Source: Parcubacteria group bacterium
GTDB lineage: Bacteria > Patescibacteriota > Microgenomatia > UBA1400 > PJMF01
DNA: 64,000 bases
Assembly: GCA_943350175.1 (NCBI GenBank)
Contig: CALQZX010000005.1
Location: 150-64,149 of the forward strand
Direction of reading: 5' to 3'
The notes under the pieces are model-generated. The model did not search any database. It had not been told where the DNA came from and was given only the letters and a program-made list of their open reading frames with translations. Every line of letters begins with the position of its first letter. Position 1 is the first letter of the stretch. This document shows positions 16,891-27,759 of the stretch, piece after piece. The translations under genes and the position numbers were made by a program.

Positions 16891-18543
16891 ATGACAGAAA
16901 ATCAAACATTACAAAGCAAACATTGGTTAGACAAAGTTGTGGACGGAATTCTCAAGTGGCAAGAAAAGAATCAGATCTCAACTCTACACGTTGATGATAT
17001 GAAGACTCCATCAGGCAGAGTTCACACTGGTGCACTTCGTGGTGTTTTATTACATGATCTCGTCGCTCAAGTTTTACGTGAAAGAGGTGTGGAACCAAAA
17101 AACACCTATGTTTTTAATGACATGGATCCAATGGATGGTTTGCCAGCTTATCTAGATGAAAGCATTTTCGCAGAACATATGGGCAAACCACTTTTTCAAA
17201 TTCCAAGACCAGATTTAGATAAATGTGGTATCGATCTCAGTCAAGCTTCCGAATCTGAGCTAGAAGATCTCAAAAATGCCAAAAATTTTGCTGAAATTTA
17301 CGCCTTCGATTTTATTCATGCCTTTCGTTCTCTAGGCTGTTCACAGGATATTGTTTGGAGTCATGAACTTTACCAGGCTGGCAAAATGGATGAAGTAATT
17401 CGTTTGGCTTTGGATAGTGTTGCTGCAATGAAAAAGATTTACAAAGATGTGGCTAAATATGAATTGCCAGAAAATTGGTATCCTTTCCAAGTCATTTGTC
17501 CAGTTTGTGGAAAACTCGGCACTACCCTAGTCACTGACTGGGATGGCAATGAAGTCACTTTTGAGTGTCAAGAAAATAAAGTCACATGGGCCAAAGGTTG
17601 TGGCAATAAGGCCAAAATTAGCCCATTTGGCGGCACAGGTAAGCTACTTTGGAAAGTTGATTGGCCAGCTCATTGGACTGCCATGGGCATCAACATTGAA
17701 GGTGCTGGTAAAGATCACTGTAGCGCCGGTGGTTCTCGTGATATGGCTAATGCCGAGTGTGAGCAGGTTTTTAAAATTCCAGTGCCTTTCAATATTCCTT
17801 ATGAATGGATTTTGATCCGTGGTGCCAAAATGAGTTCGAGTAAAGGCGTCGGTACTTCTGCTCGTGAATTTACCAAACTTTTCCCACCTGCTGTCGGCCG
17901 TTTCTTATTTGCCAGTCATAATTATTCTCAAGTCATAGATTTCGATCCAAGCACTATGGCTATTCCAGATCTTTTTGATGAATATGATCAGGGCGCTAGA
18001 ATTTCTTGGAAACAAGAAGAAGGTGATGAAAGATTGGCTCGCGCTTTTGTTTTAGCTCAAGTTGCCAAGGTCCAAGAGAAATCTTTCCTACCTAGATTCC
18101 GAGATTTAGCAATGTGGATGCAGTATCCAGACAAAAATTTATTTGAGGAGTTCGCCAAAGTTAAAGGTAGCGAATTAAATGATCTTGAAAGATCTTTGCT
18201 TGAAGAACGCAAGGGTTATGCAGAAATTTGGTTGGCTAATTATGCCCCAGCTGAATATCAATTGCGTCCAAAAGCAGAGATGCCAGAGGAAGCTAAAAAC
18301 TTGAGTGAAGAGCAGCGTACTTTCTTGAAACAATTGCAAGCTTTATTAGCTGAAAACAAGGATTTATCTCCAGCTGATTTGCAACAAGCTATTTTTGATT
18401 TGTCTAAAGATGGCATTGGTCCTAGAAAAGCTTTTGAAAGTATTTATTTGCTGTTGCTCGGCAAAAAAGCTGGTCCAAGAGCAGGTTGGTTGTTGAGATC
18501 AACAAGTGAAGAGCTACTAGTTAGTCGCTTTAAGGAAATTTAA
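16891..18543 (+). CDS. lysS: Lysine--tRNA ligase, class I
   Basis: TPSGRVHTG, CPVCG, KLLWKVDWP, GKDH and KMSSSKG. Confidence 0.95.
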   Translation: MTENQTLQSKHWLDKVVDGILKWQEKNQISTLHVDDMKTPSGRVHTGALRGVLLHDLVAQVLRERGVEPKNTYVFNDMDPMDGLPAYLDESIFAEHMGKPLFQIPRPDLDKCGIDLSQASESELEDLKNAKNFAEIYAFDFIHAFRSLGCSQDIVWSHELYQAGKMDEVIRLALDSVAAMKKIYKDVAKYELPENWYPFQVICPVCGKLGTTLVTDWDGNEVTFECQENKVTWAKGCGNKAKISPFGGTGKLLWKVDWPAHWTAMGINIEGAGKDHCSAGGSRDMANAECEQVFKIPVPFNIPYEWILIRGAKMSSSKGVGTSAREFTKLFPPAVGRFLFASHNYSQVIDFDPSTMAIPDLFDEYDQGARISWKQEEGDERLARAFVLAQVAKVQEKSFLPRFRDLAMWMQYPDKNLFEEFAKVKGSELNDLERSLLEERKGYAEIWLANYAPAEYQLRPKAEMPEEAKNLSEEQRTFLKQLQALLAENKDLSPADLQQAIFDLSKDGIGPRKAFESIYLLLLGKKAGPRAGWLLRSTSEELLVSRFKEI

Positions 18544-18545
18544 TC

Positions 18546-19076
18546 ATGAATTTACCAAGCAGAGAATCTAGTGAGAATTTGCTTAAAAAATACATGGAAA
18601 ACGAAGCTTTGCTTCGTCACTCCAGAATGGTCGCGGCAGCCATGGAAGCCTACGCAGAATTTTTAGGCGAAGACGTAGAATTATGGTATGCCACTGGTCT
18701 ACTCCACGATTTGGACTGGGAAAAATATCCAGACGAGCATCCGATGAAAGCCGTAGCTGAATTTTTTGGCGATTATCCAGAGGAAATGAAACAAGCAATT
18801 TTAGCTCATGCCCCAGGTAGAACTGGAGCTAAAGCTGAGAGTTTGCTGGATCGCTATTTGTTCGCTTGTGATGAATTAAGTGGTTTAATGAATGCAGTGT
18901 CTCTAATGAGACCAAATGGTTTTGCAGATATGGAAGCTAAGTCCGTCAAGAAAAAGATCAAAGACAAATCTTTTGCTGCTAATGTTAGTCGCGAAGATAT
19001 TACTCTAGGTTTTGAGTTGATTGGTAAGACATCAGATGAACACATTGAATTTTTGATAGAGGTTTTTGGGAAATAA
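18546..19076 (+). CDS. HD-domain (HDIG-like) protein
   Basis: GLLHDLDWE, ACDEL and KDKSFAANVSR. Confidence 0.88.
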   Translation: MNLPSRESSENLLKKYMENEALLRHSRMVAAAMEAYAEFLGEDVELWYATGLLHDLDWEKYPDEHPMKAVAEFFGDYPEEMKQAILAHAPGRTGAKAESLLDRYLFACDELSGLMNAVSLMRPNGFADMEAKSVKKKIKDKSFAANVSREDITLGFELIGKTSDEHIEFLIEVFGK

Positions 19077-19085
19077 AAAAATAAT

Positions 19086-19475
19086 TTATCTCTTGTTTAT
19101 TTTTTTCATGAAACTGTTGAGAGGTGCAATTGGAACTATCTTGCCGCTTTTTCCAGAGTCTTTTTCCCATTTCATCAACATAGAACCCTTCATTGCGCTT
19201 CTTATAGATTCAATACGCTTATTTTGAGGAATATTTTCTTTTCCGTATTGAGTGATGTCAATTGCGCCTAAATGTTCAAGCATCAATTTGTGAAAGTCAT
19301 CGTTTTCCATTGCTTCTTTTTTTATTTTTCTTTTCCATTCAAAATCAAGAAATTCTTCATATAATTTAGCTAACGTGCTTGGAATGCCAGCGGTATTCAT
19401 ATATTCTAAAACGAATTGATGGAAATCATTGATATTTGTCTCTTCTTGCCATGGATATTTTTGTTCTTCAGTCAT
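19086..19475 (-). CDS. Hypothetical protein
   Basis: 129-aa ORF with protein-like composition. Confidence 0.5.
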   Translation of the reverse strand: MTEEQKYPWQEETNINDFHQFVLEYMNTAGIPSTLAKLYEEFLDFEWKRKIKKEAMENDDFHKLMLEHLGAIDITQYGKENIPQNKRIESIRSAMKGSMLMKWEKDSGKSGKIVPIAPLNSFMKKINKR

Positions 19476-19510
19476 ATGTTTTTAATCTTTCATTTTTTAC
19501 ACTCAATCGC

Positions 19511-19763
19511 TTATTTTCATGTGTTACTTTTTGCAATTGCATCCTCTAGAGCATTTTTTGAGTTTTCTGCAGCTATTTTTCCAGCTTCTGCTCAACGCAT
19601 GTTTAAATCTAATTCTTCTCTCATTTCTTTCCAGTTTGGTTCAGCCTTTTTAGCAGGTTCGGCTTCCATAGCTTTTCTTATAGCTTCGCTAATTTTTTTG
19701 TACTCAGACTTTAATGTTTCAGTAATTTTTTCAATATAATTAATTTTTTCTTTACCTGCACAT
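19511..19763 (-). pseudogene. Degraded helical hypothetical gene
   Basis: Minus frame AGKEKINYIEKITE...NMR*AEAGKIAAENSKNALEDAIAKSNT*K*. The ATG at 19763 is one base out of frame; in-frame TGA at 19592-94 and 19517-19. Confidence 0.4.
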
Positions 19764-19811
19764 CTTAGTACTATAAACTATAGGATACTTGTCAAATTAT
19801 CTATCAATTTA

Positions 19812-19840
19812 TTGACATTTTGACAGATAAGCAGTAAAAT
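19812..19840 (+). promoter_or_regulatory. Sigma70 promoter
   Basis: TTGACA, 17 nt, TAAAAT, ending 9 nt before ATG 19850. Confidence 0.7.
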
Positions 19841-19849
19841 AGATCATTC

Positions 19850-20995
19850 ATGAACAAATTGACACATTTTGTTCCATCTAGCCTTGAAAAACAGTTTGAT
19901 GCTTGGCTCAATCCTTTAAAATTCGGGGAGATTTCTCTGGTGGTTGGTTATCCATGGAATGATCATGAAAGACGATTCAGTCAACTTTTAACTGACGAGA
20001 AACAAATTTGGCAGTCAATGTTTGGCAAAAATGCCAAATGGCAGCTGGTGGATTTTAGAGAACCAGAGATTACCCTGACCAATTTCGATGAATCTGCTCA
20101 GCCAAAAAACGAAAATCAGCTCTTAGCCATCTTTGGTTTTGAGCGACTGCTGGCATCTAAAAATGAAGCAGAAATAAACCAAATCATTAAATTATATCGC
20201 TCGCCTTTTGTCAAAATATTACTTTTTTCTGATCAAAATTTATACGATCCAGATTTCGAAGAATTTTTAAGCAATTTAAAGTCATTTCAACCCAGAGTTT
20301 TTGTTGGTCAATTTTATGATCCAAATGATGCAGAAAAATTTATTGATTACTTGGAAAATAAATGGCAATTTAAAGTTGATCCTATTTTACGCCAAAAAAT
20401 TATAGCTAATTCTGGCGGAGCACTCGGCTTAATTAAGGAAATGGTTTGGTTTGCTCGCGACAATTCGCAGGCCAGCTTTGAAGAAAATGCAAATCATGCT
20501 CAGTTACAGTCAATTCTCAAGTCATTTTGGAATCAATTCTCAAAGTCAAGCCAGTTGGTTTTGGCAGATGTAGTTCATAATCAAAAAGCAGGTGGTTTAA
20601 GCACGGTAATTGCGTATTTAAAACAAATTAAAATAATCAATAATGAAGGCACTAAGCTTTTATTACCATTGCTAGAAAAATATATTAAAGAATATGTTTC
20701 TAATCCCCTGTCACCTATGTTTGATGGGCAACAAATTTTCATTGATCAGCAGAATGTGACCAATTTTTTCACCAAAAAACAACGCAGAATTTTGAAGAAA
20801 CTGATTGCCAATCCAGAGAAAATAATTTCTAGAGAAGATTTAATGAATGAGATTTGGCAACAAAATGATCTTGAGGCATCAGATTGGGCTTTAGACTGTC
20901 ATATTAATAGATTGCGCCATCGCCTAGAAGAAATTGGTCTTGGTGAAAAACATTTGATTACCAAGCGCGGGAAAGGGTTTTTATGGAAGCCATAG
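19850..20995 (+). CDS. Regulator with a C-terminal OmpR/PhoB-type winged helix
   Basis: ISREDLMNEIW...ALDCHINRLRHRL...ITKRGKGF; no receiver domain. Confidence 0.8.
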   Translation: MNKLTHFVPSSLEKQFDAWLNPLKFGEISLVVGYPWNDHERRFSQLLTDEKQIWQSMFGKNAKWQLVDFREPEITLTNFDESAQPKNENQLLAIFGFERLLASKNEAEINQIIKLYRSPFVKILLFSDQNLYDPDFEEFLSNLKSFQPRVFVGQFYDPNDAEKFIDYLENKWQFKVDPILRQKIIANSGGALGLIKEMVWFARDNSQASFEENANHAQLQSILKSFWNQFSKSSQLVLADVVHNQKAGGLSTVIAYLKQIKIINNEGTKLLLPLLEKYIKEYVSNPLSPMFDGQQIFIDQQNVTNFFTKKQRRILKKLIANPEKIISREDLMNEIWQQNDLEASDWALDCHINRLRHRLEEIGLGEKHLITKRGKGFLWKP

Positions 20996-22461
20996 CACCC
21001 AGAGTTATTTTACGCGAGACTGCGGAAGTCAATTCAGAACGAAAGGCAGGACTATCGCCTTACGTTCTTGGAAAAATCGATCTCGTATTAAGAGAAGTTT
21101 TAATTGACTCTTTTTATCATAATACAGATCGTGGCAGCAGACTACTTTCTCCTGGTGGAGAGAGTATGGCTGCCATGTTGCAGCAATCCGGGCTATATAG
21201 TGAAAAAGGTTTAATTGATGGTGTTCCAACGTTAATGCTGATGCTTAGAGAAAAAATGGTTTCTAAAGAAAATGTAGATTTAGAAAAGATTGCAAGGCAA
21301 GCGGTTGATCTAGTGATTGATGAGGCTGGTAATAGCGATTGGAAATGTTCAACAAAAGATTATCAAGTTGTGGACAATCTTTTGAGCAGTGGCAATTTAC
21401 TAAAAATGATTTTAGAATCGTTCTCTATTTTGGGTGCCAGTGGCGTAAATTGCCTGCACGGTCAAAACGGAGAATTTGAATTAATTTGGAATATTGAGTC
21501 TGGTTTGCCAAAATGGTTATCTTTACCAAAGCTCAAAGTGCTTAGAAATATGCGAAATGGTTTTATTGGTGATACTGAGGTAGAGCTATTTCCTCTAGGA
21601 GCAAAATTTTTTAAATTGAAATGCTGTAGACAAAAATCAGGCAACGAAGCAATGCCGTCAGTGATCACTTTTCTCAGTGGTTTCTTTGATGATGACAATA
21701 ATCAAGTCTTGCGTGGTGCTACTAAAATACGTATTAGTCCTTTGGGTGTAGCAGCTGACGCGCGCACAGGCCTGGTTTCTAGTTTACAGGCACTTCAATT
21801 GGATATTTCTTACAATCAGGGACAAGATAAGAGAGGTTATCGTTTTCTTGATCAGAAACCTGGTGATTTTTGCCACGTTGAAAAAAGTATACCTGCCGAT
21901 AAGATTCAAGATCCAGAAATATTAAACAGTCCAAGACACTCCTTAATTGCTCTTGGCAGAATGGTTCTTAATCAAGCCAGAATTAGCTCTTTTGATTCTG
22001 AAATGAAAACTGATGAGTCGACTTTGGTAAGTTTAAATTCTTTGGTGGAAGCGGTAGAAAAATTTCAATCACAAAAATTAATACCAGAGTTGGCTTTGAA
22101 AGAAACTATTAGTCGTTTAATTGGGGCAATCATTATTAATCCGTTTGTCATAATTAGACTGCTTCGATCAACAAGAATGGAAAGACTTTTCCCAAGGTTG
22201 GAAAATTTATTTCAATTAATTGGTCAAGTAAATCTAAGGGGTTCTGATGACGTCCATAATTATTTGGCTAGAAATGCCTATCAATTGCCATTTGCTTATA
22301 AACAAAGTGGAGAAATTAGGCTAAGTAAAAAAAGTTACAAAAAATTCTTCCCATTCATGTTGGAGAGATTGAATGATGAAAGTAGTCTCAGCATTGATCA
22401 AAAACCTCCTTTAAATTTGTCACCAGTGGCTAAATTGGCTTGGTATTTTGAGCAAGTTTAG
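20983..22461 (+). CDS. Hypothetical protein
   Basis: 492-aa ORF overlapping the regulator stop; no motif recognised. Confidence 0.6.
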   Translation: MEAIAPRVILRETAEVNSERKAGLSPYVLGKIDLVLREVLIDSFYHNTDRGSRLLSPGGESMAAMLQQSGLYSEKGLIDGVPTLMLMLREKMVSKENVDLEKIARQAVDLVIDEAGNSDWKCSTKDYQVVDNLLSSGNLLKMILESFSILGASGVNCLHGQNGEFELIWNIESGLPKWLSLPKLKVLRNMRNGFIGDTEVELFPLGAKFFKLKCCRQKSGNEAMPSVITFLSGFFDDDNNQVLRGATKIRISPLGVAADARTGLVSSLQALQLDISYNQGQDKRGYRFLDQKPGDFCHVEKSIPADKIQDPEILNSPRHSLIALGRMVLNQARISSFDSEMKTDESTLVSLNSLVEAVEKFQSQKLIPELALKETISRLIGAIIINPFVIIRLLRSTRMERLFPRLENLFQLIGQVNLRGSDDVHNYLARNAYQLPFAYKQSGEIRLSKKSYKKFFPFMLERLNDESSLSIDQKPPLNLSPVAKLAWYFEQV

Positions 22462-22512
22462 AAGTGCTTCTAATCAGAAAAAAGCAAAATATGTTAAAAT
22501 CTATAGCTAGTT

Positions 22513-23769
22513 ATGCTAGACATTAATTTCATTCGCCAAAACAAAGATCAGGTCAAAGAAGCCTGTGTGAATAAAAATCTTGATTCTTCAATTATCGATC
22601 AACTTCTATCTGTAGATGAAGAGCGTCGTAATTTGCAAAAGGAAATGGATGCTTTGCGCAGTGAAGCTAATACTAATGCCGATTCCATCAAGAAAATGGT
22701 GGCAGAAGGTGGTCGTCCAAGTGTTGATTTAGTTGAAAATGGCAAATCCATTAAGGCTAAATTGAAGGATCTCGAGCCAAAAGATAAAGAAATTAATGAA
22801 AAGTTTTTGGAATTAATGAGCGGTGTGCCAAATGTGCCCGCAACCGATGTACCAATTGGTAAAGATGAATCTTTCAATCAAGTAGTGAGAGAAGAAGGTA
22901 GTAAGCGTGAATTTGACTTTACTCCAAAAACTCATGAAGAAATCATGAAAAATTTGGATTGGTTGGATACGGAGCGAGCCACCAAAATTGCAGGATTCAG
23001 AGGATATTTTCTCAAGAACGATGCTCTTTTTCTGGAGCAAGCTTTGCTCCTTTATGCTCTTTCGATCATGAAGAAGCATGGTTTTTCTGCCATGTCGGCG
23101 CCAATTTTGGTCAATAAAGAAGCGATGTTTGGTACAGGTTATTTCCCATGGGGAGCTGAAGATCATTATTACACTCAAGATGGTCAAATTTTGGCTGGCA
23201 CTGCTGAAGTGGCCCTGACCTCTTATTATGGTGGCGAATTGCTGCGTGAAAAAGACCTTCCTATTAAAATTTGTGGTATTTCGCCATGTTTCCGTCGTGA
23301 AGTTGGTTCTTACGGCAAAGACACCAAAGGCATTATTCGAGTTCATCAATTTAACAAAGTTGAGCAAGTGGTTCTGACTGTAGCAGATGAAGAAGTCACG
23401 AGAGATTGGCATACCAAGATGGTGGGCTTTTCTGAAGAATTGCTCAAAGGCTTAAATTTGCCTTATCAAGTGCTCCTGATGTGTTCTGGAGATATGGGTG
23501 CTGGTCAGCGCAAGAAATATGACATCGAAACTTGGTTCCCTGGTCAAGCTAAATATCGCGAGACTCACTCTGCTAGTTACTTCAACGATTTTCAGGCTCG
23601 TCGCCTCAACATTCGCTATCAAGCTAAAGACGGCAGCACTAAATTTGTTTACACTTTGAACAACACTGTAGCCGCTTCCCCACGTTTATTGGCAGCAGTG
23701 ATTGAGAACTATCAGCAAGCTGATGGCTCGGTGGAAATTCCAGAGGTTTTGAAGCCTTTTATGGTCTAG
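22513..23769 (+). CDS. serS: Serine--tRNA ligase
   Basis: MLDINFIR, GTAE, CFRREVG, RVHQFNKVE and TLNNT. Confidence 0.97.
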   Translation: MLDINFIRQNKDQVKEACVNKNLDSSIIDQLLSVDEERRNLQKEMDALRSEANTNADSIKKMVAEGGRPSVDLVENGKSIKAKLKDLEPKDKEINEKFLELMSGVPNVPATDVPIGKDESFNQVVREEGSKREFDFTPKTHEEIMKNLDWLDTERATKIAGFRGYFLKNDALFLEQALLLYALSIMKKHGFSAMSAPILVNKEAMFGTGYFPWGAEDHYYTQDGQILAGTAEVALTSYYGGELLREKDLPIKICGISPCFRREVGSYGKDTKGIIRVHQFNKVEQVVLTVADEEVTRDWHTKMVGFSEELLKGLNLPYQVLLMCSGDMGAGQRKKYDIETWFPGQAKYRETHSASYFNDFQARRLNIRYQAKDGSTKFVYTLNNTVAASPRLLAAVIENYQQADGSVEIPEVLKPFMV

Positions 23770-23814
23770 AGATTTTGTAGCTTTCTTGTAATCTTGGCGA
23801 GGTATACTTGGATT

Positions 23815-24654
23815 ATGCTAGAAAAAGCCAGTCAACCAATTCATAAGGTTGCAATTTTTCAGGGAATAAAGGTACGTAGAATTATCCACGATGGGGAGTG
23901 GTGGTTTTCGGTGGTGGATGTGATTAGAGTGTTGACGAATAGCAATAAACCAGCAGTTTATTGGAGCGTCATGAAGACTAGAGTTGAATCTAACGATGGT
24001 TTCCAGTTGTTTACAATTTGTAAACAACTGAAAATGAAATCAAATGATGGCAAAAGTTATGCTACCGATTGTGCTAATACCGAAGGTCTTTTTCGCATTA
24101 TTCAATCCATCCCCTCTCCCAAAGCCGAACCTTTTAAACGTTGGTTAGCCAAAGTTGGCTTTGAGCGTATTCAAGAGATTGAAAATCCAGAGTTAGCCAG
24201 CAAACGAACAAGACTACTTTACAAGTTGAAAGGCTATTCGGATGCCTGGATTGAAAAAAGGATGCGTGGCATTACCATTAGAGAAGAATTAACTGATGAA
24301 TGGAAAAAAAGAGGTGCAGAGCAACAAAAAGATTTTGAAATTTTAACAGCCGAAATATCCAAGGCAACATTCGGTCTCACACCGAGTGAATACAAAGAAC
24401 TAAAAGGTCTCAAGCGAGAAAACTTGCGTGATCACATGGATGATTTCGAGCTAATCTTCACCATGCTTGGCGAACGTTCTACCACAGAAATTCACAGAAT
24501 TGAAGATTCCAGTGGCGTGCCAAAATTGCAGTCTGATGCCAAGCGAGGTGGTGGGATTGCTGGTGTAGCCAGAACAGAGTTGGAAAAAGAAATTGGGAAA
24601 AAGGTGATGAGGGAAGAAAATTTTTTGCCAAAAGATGTGGAAAAATTAAAGTAA
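23815..24654 (+). CDS. Bro-N domain protein
   Basis: WWFSVVDVI, RIIQSIPSPKAEPFKRWLA and ENLRDHM. Confidence 0.88.
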   Translation: MLEKASQPIHKVAIFQGIKVRRIIHDGEWWFSVVDVIRVLTNSNKPAVYWSVMKTRVESNDGFQLFTICKQLKMKSNDGKSYATDCANTEGLFRIIQSIPSPKAEPFKRWLAKVGFERIQEIENPELASKRTRLLYKLKGYSDAWIEKRMRGITIREELTDEWKKRGAEQQKDFEILTAEISKATFGLTPSEYKELKGLKRENLRDHMDDFELIFTMLGERSTTEIHRIEDSSGVPKLQSDAKRGGGIAGVARTELEKEIGKKVMREENFLPKDVEKLK

Positions 24655-24713
24655 ATCTACCTTAAATTAGCCTAGATAAAACCACTCCTTGCCTCTATAA
24701 TCTAGCTCATTCT

Positions 24714-27700
24714 ATGTTTAAATTCCTCAAAAAATTCTTCGACGAAGAAGCCAAAAAACTCAATAAATACCAGTTGGTAGTTGATCAAATTAATTCTTTT
24801 GAGCCAGCTATGCAAGCTCTAAGCGACGCTGAGCTAGCCGCTCAAACCGCCAAATTCAAAGCACAAATTGCTGAGGCAGTCGCTGGAGCCAGCAAAGAAA
24901 ATCTCAAGGAAAAAGAACAAGCCATCTTAAGTGAAATTTTGCCAGAAGCCTACGCTACTGTGCGTGAAGCCTCTCATCGTATCCTTGGTATGCGTCATTT
25001 TGATGTTCAGCTTTTGGCTGGTGTAGCACTCAATGACGGCAACATCACTGAACAGAAAACTGGTGAAGGTAAAACTTTGACTGTCACTGCTCCGCTCTAT
25101 CTCAATGCTTTGCTTGGCAAGAGTGTTCAGTTGATTACAGTTAATGACTACTTGTCAGAAATTGGTCTTGGTTGGATGGGACCTTTGTATCATTTCTTGG
25201 GTCTTAAGGCTGCGGTTATCGTCCATGATCACGCCCGTCTATACAATCCAGATATTGATAGCGAGGAGCGTGGCGATGAGCGCTTGGAGCATTTCCAAGA
25301 AATTCCTCGCCAAGATGCTTATTTAGCTGACATCACTTATGGTACTAACAATGAGTTTGGTTTCGATTATTTGCGTGACAACATGGTTCAAAGTTTGGAT
25401 CAAATGGTTCAGCGTCAAAATATGCCTCACTATTTCGCCATTGTTGATGAGGCTGACTCTATTTTGATTGATGAGGCTCGCACTCCTCTCATTATTTCTG
25501 CTCCAGATAGCGAACCAACAGACAAATACTTTGAATATGCCAAAATGGTTCGCTCGCTGGTGATTGATCAAGATTTCAAATTGGATGAAAAATCAAAAAC
25601 CGCCACTTTGACTGATCTTGGTGTCAAACGTATTGAAGCCAAATTAGGTGTTAAAAATCTTTATGAAGAAAGTTTTGACACCATTCACCATGTTGAGTCT
25701 TCCCTCAAAGCCTCGACTCTTTATCGCCGTGATAAGGAATATATCGTTAAAGATAACCAAGTTGTGATCGTTGATGAGCACACTGGTCGTTTGATGTTTG
25801 GTCGTCGTTATAGCGATGGCTTACATCAAGCTATCGAAGCCAAAGAAGGCGTGCCGATTCAACAAGAATCTCGTACTCTGGCCACTGTTTCCCTGCAAAA
25901 CTACTTCCGTATGTACCAGAAACTTTCTGGTATGACTGGTACGGCTTTGACTGAAGCTGAAGAATTCAATCAAATTTATCATGTGGATGTTTTGTCTATT
26001 CCAACCAACCAAGCCGTCGTTCGTCAAGATTTACCAGATCAAGTTTACAAAAATACCGCTGCTAAATATTCAGCAATTGTTAGAGCAGTTGAAGAAATTC
26101 ACGCTGATGGCAGACCTGTTTTGATTGGAACTCGCTCCATCGAACATAACCAAATCGTTGCCAACTTTTTGAAACGCAAAAATATTCCTCATCAAGTTTT
26201 AAACGCTAAAAATCATGAAAAAGAAGCTTTCATTATTGCCGACGCAGGGCGAAGAGGCGCCATCACCGTGGCCACCAACATCGCTGGTCGTGGTGTGGAC
26301 ATTGTTCTTGGTGGCGCTAAGCCAGAGCTCAAGGATTTCTTGAAAGCAGAGCGTAGTAAAAAACGCACTGTTTTAGCTAAGAAATATGAGAAACTTGGTT
26401 TGCCAACCTCCATCAATCCAGCCAATTATGATTTAGATGCTTATGCTACCGCTTTGGAAAAATGGCAGGCTGATCATGATGACGTCGTGTCTGTGGGTGG
26501 TCTTGCTATCGTAGCTACAGAGCGTCACGAATCTCGTCGTATTGATAATCAATTGCGTGGTCGTGCTGGCCGTCAGGGTGATCCTGGAACTTCACAGTTT
26601 TTTGTGGCTTTGGATGATGAAATTATGCGTATTTTTGGTGGTGAGCAAATTGCCAAAGTCATGGATTTCTTGAAAATTGATGAAGATCAGGCTATTGAAA
26701 ATCCAATGGTTAGTAAAGCGATTGAATCAGCTCAGGTCAAAGTGGAAACTTTTTTCTTTGATCAACGCAAACGCTTGGTGGAGTTTGACGATGTCATGAA
26801 TAAGCATCGTGAGATTATTTACAAACGCCGTCGCCGTTTATTGGAAGCAGGGACAGTTGATGTTAAGCCAGGCAAAGGTTCTGATGATAAGCTTGCAACT
26901 GTTTTAATTGATGAGGAAGGCAAAAAGATCACTCTTAAAGATCAGATCATGAATTATCTCAGCAACGAAATTACTGGTTTGGTTTCCTTGCGTGCTCCTG
27001 AAAATTTCACCGATGAAGAATTTGAGGCAATTAGCAAAGAATTTGTCAAAATTATTCCTTTTGATGATGCTTCACAAAAACGTTTAAGTCAAAAAATTAG
27101 TAAACTTTCCAATACTGATGAGATTTCTTCAGAATTATTGGAAGTGGTGAGTAAAACTTATGAATCTAGAGAAAAAACTCTTGGTGAAGCGATTATGCGC
27201 GAGTTAGAAAAATATGTTGTCCTCTCTACCATCGACGAAAAATGGATGGATCATTTGGATGGTATTGAAGATTTGCGTGAAGGAATTTGGTTGCGTGGTG
27301 ATAAAAACACCGTTCTGGCTGAATACAAAAAAGAAGCTTTCGCTATGTTTGAAGGTTTAATTTCTAGTGTTGAAAGTACCATCGCGGCTCGTATTTTCCG
27401 CGTTCAGCCAATGATGCAGAGATCAACCATGCCAACTCAAGTGCAGCTCCAAGCCCCCTCAGAAGCCACGCCAAGTTTGGGTCAGGCAGTGCAAGTTGAG
27501 AGAAGACAAGAAAATGTTAATTCCAGTTCAGCCAACAGATCTGGTGGTAATGGCAAAACTAGTGATTTGGCAGCAGCTCTTGGAAAAATGGGCGGTGGAA
27601 ATGGCAACAATCTTAGGTCTGGATTATCTGGTAATGGCGGACAAGCTGAATCAGATAAATATGCCAAGGTTGGTCGCAATGATTTGTGCCCATGCGGATC

Positions 27701-27755
27701 AGGACTTAAATATAAGAAATGTGGATTGATCGGAGCGAGTGAGCATAAGGAGTAA
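24714..27755 (+). CDS. secA: Preprotein translocase ATPase SecA
   Basis: KTGEGKT, VDEADSILIDEARTPLII, HESRRIDNQLRGRAGRQGD and C-terminal GRNDLCPCGSG. Confidence 0.98.
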   Translation: MFKFLKKFFDEEAKKLNKYQLVVDQINSFEPAMQALSDAELAAQTAKFKAQIAEAVAGASKENLKEKEQAILSEILPEAYATVREASHRILGMRHFDVQLLAGVALNDGNITEQKTGEGKTLTVTAPLYLNALLGKSVQLITVNDYLSEIGLGWMGPLYHFLGLKAAVIVHDHARLYNPDIDSEERGDERLEHFQEIPRQDAYLADITYGTNNEFGFDYLRDNMVQSLDQMVQRQNMPHYFAIVDEADSILIDEARTPLIISAPDSEPTDKYFEYAKMVRSLVIDQDFKLDEKSKTATLTDLGVKRIEAKLGVKNLYEESFDTIHHVESSLKASTLYRRDKEYIVKDNQVVIVDEHTGRLMFGRRYSDGLHQAIEAKEGVPIQQESRTLATVSLQNYFRMYQKLSGMTGTALTEAEEFNQIYHVDVLSIPTNQAVVRQDLPDQVYKNTAAKYSAIVRAVEEIHADGRPVLIGTRSIEHNQIVANFLKRKNIPHQVLNAKNHEKEAFIIADAGRRGAITVATNIAGRGVDIVLGGAKPELKDFLKAERSKKRTVLAKKYEKLGLPTSINPANYDLDAYATALEKWQADHDDVVSVGGLAIVATERHESRRIDNQLRGRAGRQGDPGTSQFFVALDDEIMRIFGGEQIAKVMDFLKIDEDQAIENPMVSKAIESAQVKVETFFFDQRKRLVEFDDVMNKHREIIYKRRRRLLEAGTVDVKPGKGSDDKLATVLIDEEGKKITLKDQIMNYLSNEITGLVSLRAPENFTDEEFEAISKEFVKIIPFDDASQKRLSQKISKLSNTDEISSELLEVVSKTYESREKTLGEAIMRELEKYVVLSTIDEKWMDHLDGIEDLREGIWLRGDKNTVLAEYKKEAFAMFEGLISSVESTIAARIFRVQPMMQRSTMPTQVQLQAPSEATPSLGQAVQVERRQENVNSSSANRSGGNGKTSDLAAALGKMGGGNGNNLRSGLSGNGGQAESDKYAKVGRNDLCPCGSGLKYKKCGLIGASEHKE

Positions 27756-27759
27756 AAAT

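Noticed and set aside
16891-18543. Class I LysRS as a novelty
   Set aside because: Already known from many bacteria, including CPR lineages.
19416-19739. 107-aa plus-strand 'membrane' ORF
   Set aside because: F/S/I/A-rich shadow of a K/E-rich minus-strand frame.
19511-19763. Genome-wide TGA=Gly recoding (code 25)
   Set aside because: Long genes are intact in code 11 and TGA ends real genes (e.g. ATGA overlaps); local decay is the simpler explanation.
23815-24654. Bro-N gene as a prophage marker
   Set aside because: Solitary between serS and secA with no other phage genes.
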